A program made the translations under genes and the position numbers. From assembly GCA_030834905.1 (NCBI GenBank), contig JAUQWZ010000022.1, positions 28,335 to 92,334 of the forward strand: DNA of 64,000 bases, written 5' to 3'. The notes under the pieces were generated by a model. That model searched no databases, was not told where the DNA came from, and saw nothing but the letters and a program-made list of their open reading frames with translations. Below, one piece after another: positions 58,139 through 64,000 of the stretch (position 1 is its first letter; each line of letters begins with the position of its first letter). The stretch is from Aggregatilineales bacterium. GTDB lineage: Bacteria; Chloroflexota; Anaerolineae; Aggregatilineales; Phototrophicaceae.

Positions 58139-59302
58139 ATGCAGCCATCGACGCCGAAAGGCTTTTCGCGCCGGAGATTCGTCGGTTTGGGACTCGGTGG
58201 CGCTGCCGCCCTGGTCGGAACGACGGTTTTGCAGGCGGCTCAGGCGCAGGCGAATACGCCAACGCCAACCCCTCACGACATGGGGGCAATGTCGCCCGAT
58301 TCTGAAGGCGAGTATGACAGCCACACCGCGGCGATGCTGGTAGGCGCGGTTGATCACGAACGGAACGGCTTCGACCCGATGCAGATGCTGGTCGATTGGG
58401 ACTATGGCAGCCAAACCGGCGCGGCTGAAAACGGCAGCGCGATTCGTGAGTATGACGTCAGCGCCGGGGATATCGAGATCGAAATTGCGCCGGGGCTGTT
58501 CTTTCCGGCGTGGGCATACAACGCGCGGGTGCCGGGTCCGACCATCCGCTGTGTCGAGGGCGATCATCTCCGCATCCACTTTGCCAATTACGGCAGCCAT
58601 CCCCACACCATGCACTTTCACGGCTTTCATCCAGCCGAAATGGACGGCGTCTCCGGCGAGTATCGGGGCGCGGTCAATCCGGGCGACAGCTTCACCTACG
58701 CCTTTGACGCCGATCCGTTTGGCTGCCACCTGTACCATTGTCACGCGCAGCCGCTGAAACGACACATCCATAAGGGCATGTACGGCGCTTTCATCATCGA
58801 TCCGCTTGAGGGGCGACCACCCGCGCGCGAACTGATGATGATCATGAACGCCTTCGACACCAATTTCGACGGCGGCAACGAAATCTACGCCGTGAACACC
58901 GTTGGGCACGAATTTATGCGCCGCCCAATTCCCATCAAGGTGGGCGAACTGGTGCGCATCTATCTGATCAACCTGGTGGAATTCGATCTGATCAACTCAT
59001 TCCATCTGCACGCCCACTTTTTCGACTACTACGATACCGGCACCACGCTCCAACCCACCAGCCGGATGATCGACACCATCGCCCAGGTACAGGGGCAGCG
59101 CGGCATTCTGGAATTTCGCTCGCGCTATCCCGGACGGTATATGTTCCACGCTCACGTGAGCGAGTTCGCGGAACTGGGCTGGATGGGCTTCTTCAACGCC
59201 GTCCGACCAGAGGATTATGACGCCGCGCTGGCTGAGGTCGGGCTGGACGAGGAATGGGACTACAAATCGACCCATGGCAGCGCAGTTGAGCAGGAGGCAT
59301 AG
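58139..59302 (+). CDS. Tat-exported two-domain multicopper oxidase
   Basis: SRRRFVG Tat motif; HTMHFHG, HCH...HIHKGM, FHLHAH, FHAH. Confidence 0.92.
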   Translation: MQPSTPKGFSRRRFVGLGLGGAAALVGTTVLQAAQAQANTPTPTPHDMGAMSPDSEGEYDSHTAAMLVGAVDHERNGFDPMQMLVDWDYGSQTGAAENGSAIREYDVSAGDIEIEIAPGLFFPAWAYNARVPGPTIRCVEGDHLRIHFANYGSHPHTMHFHGFHPAEMDGVSGEYRGAVNPGDSFTYAFDADPFGCHLYHCHAQPLKRHIHKGMYGAFIIDPLEGRPPARELMMIMNAFDTNFDGGNEIYAVNTVGHEFMRRPIPIKVGELVRIYLINLVEFDLINSFHLHAHFFDYYDTGTTLQPTSRMIDTIAQVQGQRGILEFRSRYPGRYMFHAHVSEFAELGWMGFFNAVRPEDYDAALAEVGLDEEWDYKSTHGSAVEQEA

Positions 59303-59303
59303 C

Positions 59304-60509
59304 ATGTCCACCCAAACGACGACGCCCGAAATTTCGTCACCGGGTCGCCTCAGCGGCGCGGCGTGGGGACTGGCGCTGGTGCCGCTGATCCTGCTGGGAC
59401 TGGTGCTGACGTATCTGGTCGTCACCGGCGGCGGCTTGACCGAGCTTTCGGGTCCGCCGGTCGAGCAGGTGGCTATCCAGCGCATCACCCTGCCCGAAGC
59501 GGGCATCATCCAGATCGAGATTGTGAACGACGGACCGCAGACGGTCACGCTGCCGCAGGTGCAGGTGGACGACGCCTACTATATGTTCACGGCGGAACCC
59601 TCGACGACTATTCCCCGGCTGGGTCGGGCAACTTTTACCGTCTATTACCCCTGGGTCGAGGAAGAAGCGCACGCCATCGCCTTAGTCAGCTCGCTGGGGA
59701 CGGTCTTTGCAGGCGAAATTCCGGCTGCCGTCGAAACGCCAGCGCTGTCGCTGGGGCTGTTTTTGCAGTTTGGTCTGGTCGGGCTGTATGTGGGGATTGT
59801 GCCAATTACCCTGGGGCTGCTGTGGTATCCGTTCATGCGCCGCCTGAGCCGACAGGCAATGCAGTTTATCCTGTCGCTCACGGTTGGCTTGCTCATCTAT
59901 CTGGCGGTGGGGACGTGGCTGGATGCGAATGAATTTGCCGCCGAACTGCCCGCGTTCTGGCAGGGCATCCCACTGGTGATCTTCGTTGCGCTGACGACGC
60001 TCGGCGCGCTGCTGGTTATCGGCAGGGTGCAAAGGGGGCGCGAAATCTCACCGCTCTCGATTGCCTATCGGATCGCGTTCGGCATCGGGCTGCACAACCT
60101 GGGCGAGGGGCTTGCCATCGGCGCGGCGTTCGCTTCGGGTGAAGCGGCGCTGGGGACGTTTCTGATCCTCGGCTTTACGCTGCACAATATCACCGAAGGG
60201 GTCGGCATCGCCGCGCCGATTGTGCGCCAGAATCCGGGCTGGCGGCATTTTGTGCTGCTGGTGCTGGTATCGGGCGCGCCAGCGATCATCGGGACGTGGA
60301 TCGGGGGATTCGCCTTCAATCCAGTGCTGGCGACGCTGTTCCTCGCCATTGGCATCGGCGCGATCCTGCAAGTGGTGTGGGAAGTGGGCAAGCTGATGGC
60401 GCGTGACGCCGTCAAGTTCAGCCAACCGATCATCAACCGGGTGAGCTTAAGCGGCGTGGTTGCGGGCATTGCCATCATGTACGTCACCGCCTTCATGGTG
60501 AAGTTTTAG
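59304..60509 (+). CDS. ZIP family metal transporter with extracellular N-terminal domain
   Basis: GIGLHNLGEGLAIG, LHNITEG; RBS AGGAGG lies in the end of the oxidase gene. Confidence 0.92.
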   Translation: MSTQTTTPEISSPGRLSGAAWGLALVPLILLGLVLTYLVVTGGGLTELSGPPVEQVAIQRITLPEAGIIQIEIVNDGPQTVTLPQVQVDDAYYMFTAEPSTTIPRLGRATFTVYYPWVEEEAHAIALVSSLGTVFAGEIPAAVETPALSLGLFLQFGLVGLYVGIVPITLGLLWYPFMRRLSRQAMQFILSLTVGLLIYLAVGTWLDANEFAAELPAFWQGIPLVIFVALTTLGALLVIGRVQRGREISPLSIAYRIAFGIGLHNLGEGLAIGAAFASGEAALGTFLILGFTLHNITEGVGIAAPIVRQNPGWRHFVLLVLVSGAPAIIGTWIGGFAFNPVLATLFLAIGIGAILQVVWEVGKLMARDAVKFSQPIINRVSLSGVVAGIAIMYVTAFMVKF

Positions 60510-60755
60510 CTTTTCTGGACTCGTCCCCACCCTTTCCCCGCGAGGGTCTGAGGTGAGGACGCCCCTACAAAACCTTCCGTAATCAGCGGGCGAGGCACCG
60601 CCTCGCCCCTACGCGCCCGCCTTCTGTTTATGTTTGCGAAAAATCTCCACCTTGTTTGCGGCAACATTGCGCTATGATTATACTTGGATCAGGCAGACTT
60701 CCCGCCGTAATCCATATTGAACCGAAGACTGGATCGCCTTACAGGAGTTAAATCG

Positions 60756-61127
60756 TTGGCTAAGACACGAACTGAACAACTGGTAGCGCGCCTGCGCGAT
60801 TTACAAGCCAGTTCGAGTGACGTTGAGGCTGCTGCCATCGTCAGCGTCGATGGTTTGAGCATCGCCTCCTCGCTGCCGGTTGGCACCGAAGAAGACCGCG
60901 TGAGCGCGATGTCTGCCGCGATGCTCTCCCTGGGTGAGCGAATTTCCTCTGAATTGGGGCGCGGGCTGCTGCAGCAGGTATTTGTGAAGGGTGAGAATGG
61001 TTATGTGATTCTCACGGCTGTCGGCGAAGAAGCGGTGCTGACGGTGCTGGCGCGTAAAGAAGCCAAGCTCGGCTTGATCTTCCTTGACGTGGCGCGCACA
61101 GTGCAGGATCTGGAGCAGCTTCTTTAG
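60756..61127 (+). CDS. Roadblock/LC7 (MglB-like) protein
   Basis: AAIVSVDGL.IAS...RVSAMSAAML.LGER; TTG start after AGGAG. Confidence 0.9.
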   Translation: MAKTRTEQLVARLRDLQASSSDVEAAAIVSVDGLSIASSLPVGTEEDRVSAMSAAMLSLGERISSELGRGLLQQVFVKGENGYVILTAVGEEAVLTVLARKEAKLGLIFLDVARTVQDLEQLL

Positions 61128-61148
61128 CGGAAGAAAGTCTCTCGTTCT

Positions 61149-61796
61149 GTGGTGAACCCAAGTACACACATCGACGCTCAACCCGCCGGGTTGTATTATC
61201 CTAATCGCTTCGCGCGTGCCTTCTTCTTCGCGCTTGAAGAAGTGATGGGCAAACATGGCTTCGATGCGACTCTGGGCATTGCCGGGCTGAGCCGTTTTAT
61301 CGACGCCTTCCCGGATGAGTCGCTCGAACGCGCCATTGATTTTCGGGCGGTGGCGGCGCTGAACCTGGCGCTGGATGAAATGTATGGCACGCGCGGTGGG
61401 CGCGGCATGGCGCTGCGTTCCGGGCGGGCGTGGCTGGTGAAGGGTATGAACACCTTTGGCGCGCTCTCAGGGCTGAATGACCCGGCGTTCCGGGCGCTGC
61501 CGACAGAAGCGCGTGTCCGTTTGGCAGTTCAGGCGCTCGCCAGCATCTTTACCCACTTCAGCGATCAACAGTCCCGCTTTGACGAAACGGCAGCGGCATT
61601 TCGCCTGATCGTCGCCAACAGCCCGATGGTCTGGACGCGGGCAAACGATAAACCCGTCTGCCATCCGCTGGTGGGGCTGCTGCAAGAGACAGCGCGCTGG
61701 GCTTCCAATGGGCGCGATTATGCGGTGCGCGAAATCGAGTGCCGCGCCTGTGGGGATGAAGCCTGCGTCTTCGTGGTCAATAAAACGCCTCTTTAG
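61149..61796 (+). CDS. V4R (4-vinyl reductase) domain protein
   Basis: CH...G.L.E...VREIECRACGDEACVF. Confidence 0.88.
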   Translation: MVNPSTHIDAQPAGLYYPNRFARAFFFALEEVMGKHGFDATLGIAGLSRFIDAFPDESLERAIDFRAVAALNLALDEMYGTRGGRGMALRSGRAWLVKGMNTFGALSGLNDPAFRALPTEARVRLAVQALASIFTHFSDQQSRFDETAAAFRLIVANSPMVWTRANDKPVCHPLVGLLQETARWASNGRDYAVREIECRACGDEACVFVVNKTPL

Positions 61797-61809
61797 CGAG
61801 ATTCTATGT

Positions 61810-62700
61810 ATGGACAAACCGAAAATCCTGATTGTTGAAGACGACATCGATCTTTCACACATGCTGTGTGCCTTCTTTCGCAGCCAGGATTATGACGTGC
61901 GCGCGGCTGTCTGGGGGCGGGATGCGCTCGCGATCAGCCGCGAGGAATCCCTCAGTCTGATCATGCTGGATATTCGCCTGCCAGACATGGATGGTTACGA
62001 GGTCTACCACCAGCTTCGTCAGAACCGCCACACGCAGGCGGTACCGATCATCTTCTTATCCGAAAAGCGTCACCGCGTCGAAATTCTGCATGGACTCGAA
62101 CTCGGCGTGGTCGATTACATCGCCAAACCGTTTGATGTGCAGGAACTACGGCTGCGGGTGCGCAACGCCATTCTGCGCGCGTCTCAGCCAAATCTGACTA
62201 ATCCGGTGACCAACCTGCCGGAGATGCCGCTGCTGGAAGAACGATTCATGGAAGTCACCGCCAGCAAACAGCCGTGGTCGCTGCTGGTCGTCTCGATTAA
62301 GGGGATGGATAAACTGCGCGAGCTGCGCGGCTTTGTCGCGGCGGATGAACTGTTTCGCGCCGTCGCGCTGATGGTCAGCAGCGCCATCCGCGACCGGGGC
62401 AACGACGGCGATCTGGTGACGCATTACCGCGCCGAAGACCTGATCATCCTCACCACGCCGGACAAAGTCGGACGGATGCGGGCGCTGATCGATTCGCGGG
62501 TGCGCCAGTCGCTGATGCACTTATACCGTCCGGTGGACGCGGACGGTTCCAGCGAGAGCCGCTACCTCAACATTGAAACCAGTATCGTCGAGCGCAGCCG
62601 CGAGCCTGATCTGGATATCGACGGACTGCGCGCCCGACTGACCGCCATCATCGGCGCTCCGGCGGTTGAAATAGGCGACGCCGCCGAGGGCAGCCGCTAA
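61810..62700 (+). CDS. Response regulator with degenerate GGDEF-like output domain
   Basis: ILIVEDD, MLDIRLP, YIAKPF; NPVTNLP; HYRAEDL occupies the GGDEF position. Confidence 0.85.
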   Translation: MDKPKILIVEDDIDLSHMLCAFFRSQDYDVRAAVWGRDALAISREESLSLIMLDIRLPDMDGYEVYHQLRQNRHTQAVPIIFLSEKRHRVEILHGLELGVVDYIAKPFDVQELRLRVRNAILRASQPNLTNPVTNLPEMPLLEERFMEVTASKQPWSLLVVSIKGMDKLRELRGFVAADELFRAVALMVSSAIRDRGNDGDLVTHYRAEDLIILTTPDKVGRMRALIDSRVRQSLMHLYRPVDADGSSESRYLNIETSIVERSREPDLDIDGLRARLTAIIGAPAVEIGDAAEGSR

Positions 62701-63506
62701 TCTCCGCTTTGCGGCAGGCGTTCCAGCAGCCCTTCGGTCAGCGATTGGACGTAGATGTCCATTTCCCACTCAATGGCGACATCAGCTTCGCCAAGCGCCA
62801 GATCCATAAGCTGGACGCCGGTGTTACGGACGATGACAAACGGCGTTGCTTCATCGCGCTCGCCCATCATCAGTTCGGCGGCGGCGACAATGGTATCGGC
62901 GATGGCACGCCGCGTGACCTGCATCGGGTTGCCAAACAGGTCGGTCATGCCGCGCTCGTCCTGAATGGGCTTGAAACCCGCCATCGCCAGCGCCACGCCG
63001 GTTGTGCCCAACCTACCCGGCATCAGCCAGCTATCGGTCAGCACCACGCCCACGCCTGTATTCAGGCGCTGGCGCAGTTCACGGCGGATCGCCGCCGCCG
63101 ATTCGTAGGGATATTCAGGAAACAGCACCGCGAAACCGTTGGGGATATTGGAGCGATCCAGCCCGGCGTTGGGCGAAAGGATGCCGTCTTTATACGTGAG
63201 CAGGAAGCCGGGAATGCCGCCAAAGACGTGATCCGCTTCCTGGAGCACCAGTTGAGCAATGCGCGGGTTCATCTGGTAGCGTTCGGCAACCGCTTCGGCT
63301 TCGGCGGTGACCTGGACATCGTCCAAACGGACAATGCGCCCTTCGCTGATGGCGACATATTTGCTGGAGATCGCCAGCACGTCGCCGTCCTCAAGGGTTT
63401 CTCCGCTGGATTGAAGGCTGTTTACCAGCGTGGCGTACAAATCAAACGCGCCCTGCTGGACGGGCGCTTCGACCGGAATAACGAGCAGTGGTTTACGTTT
63501 GGGCAT
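62697..63506 (-). CDS. cofE: Coenzyme F420-0:gamma-glutamyl ligase
   Basis: DGDVLAISSK..EGR, NAGLDRSN, VVLTDS, E.DEATPF. Confidence 0.88.
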   Translation of the reverse strand: MPKRKPLLVIPVEAPVQQGAFDLYATLVNSLQSSGETLEDGDVLAISSKYVAISEGRIVRLDDVQVTAEAEAVAERYQMNPRIAQLVLQEADHVFGGIPGFLLTYKDGILSPNAGLDRSNIPNGFAVLFPEYPYESAAAIRRELRQRLNTGVGVVLTDSWLMPGRLGTTGVALAMAGFKPIQDERGMTDLFGNPMQVTRRAIADTIVAAAELMMGERDEATPFVIVRNTGVQLMDLALGEADVAIEWEMDIYVQSLTEGLLERLPQSGD

Positions 63507-63708
63507 GAGACAATCTCTCAATTTACACCAGACCAGGATCGTAGAATCCTATCACTCACGCCGCCTGCTGAATAGTGCCGAGTAGGGGTGGATTGAAATT
63601 TTACATGAGAGAATTGTAACAAACATCCATTTACAGCCGTCTGTTCGATTACAGTTACAGGAAAACGGGCAAATTATCACTGACCAGTTACAACACGGAG
63701 GGCTATTG

Positions 63709-64000
63709 ATGTCTCGTACTGTACGGATTCTGCTGGGATTGGTTATTGTGGTCGCGCTTGCGGGCGCTGGTTTCCTGGCATACATCTCTGTGCGCGGAGG
63801 GTCAGGCGAAGCGAGTCGAGAAATCTCTGCGCCCGAACTAACAGCCGAAGCTGAAGGTGTTGTTTTCAACATTGTGCCTGAAGAATCACTGGTACGGTTC
63901 GAAATTAATGAGGTGCTGCGCGGTCAGCCAACCACGGTTGTTGGGCGAACCAACCAGGTTGCAGGGCAGGTGCTGGTGAACTTTGACAGCCCGGCGGCGG
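63709..64000 (+). CDS. YceI-like protein with N-terminal anchor (3'-truncated by window)
   Basis: GGAGG RBS; MSRTVRILLGL...FNIVPEESLVRFEINEVLRGQPTTVVGRT; frame open to the window end. Confidence 0.7.
   Translation, partial: MSRTVRILLGLVIVVALAGAGFLAYISVRGGSGEASREISAPELTAEAEGVVFNIVPEESLVRFEINEVLRGQPTTVVGRTNQVAGQVLVNFDSPAA

Overview
Bacterial chromosome segment. It is probably Chloroflexota (Anaerolineae-like), inferred from the secreted SH3/PA14/LysM/WD40 proteins, F420 ligase, roadblock-V4R module and GTAG/CTAC-footed REP hairpins. Most of the window is ordinary: CIRCE-controlled groESL, a two-component pair, dps, ABC systems, galK-galT-melA, lspA, a multicopper oxidase-ZIP pair and cofE. The standout is 1-10140, which looks like an undescribed polymorphic effector/immunity cassette system. 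A large beta-helix-like surface protein (5'-truncated by the window) ends in a conserved module (arm 1: ...AQQNWWGADGVPAVFDGQTGASIDTS...), a Pro/Thr linker and a variable ~370-aa domain. It is translationally coupled to a secreted WD40 protein whose 3' end and downstream hairpin (arm 2, 120 bp) are conserved. A second, orphan cassette with the same arms but divergent contents lies downstream. The two are separated by a 4.5-kb block of unrelated genes bounded by identical 24-bp direct repeats taken from arm 1. The variable domains share motifs reminiscent of SleB-type peptidoglycan hydrolases (inference only). Other points: an AT-rich type II R-M pair inside an ankyrin-PLD-HerA gene run, a 14-bp tandem duplication over a sensor kinase start codon, a Sir-box-like operator on the oxidase-ZIP promoter, a MazF remnant, and several REP-like families. 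No rRNA, tRNA, CRISPR array, transposase or integrase was recognised. All family assignments are from motif recognition by eye; no database search was run.
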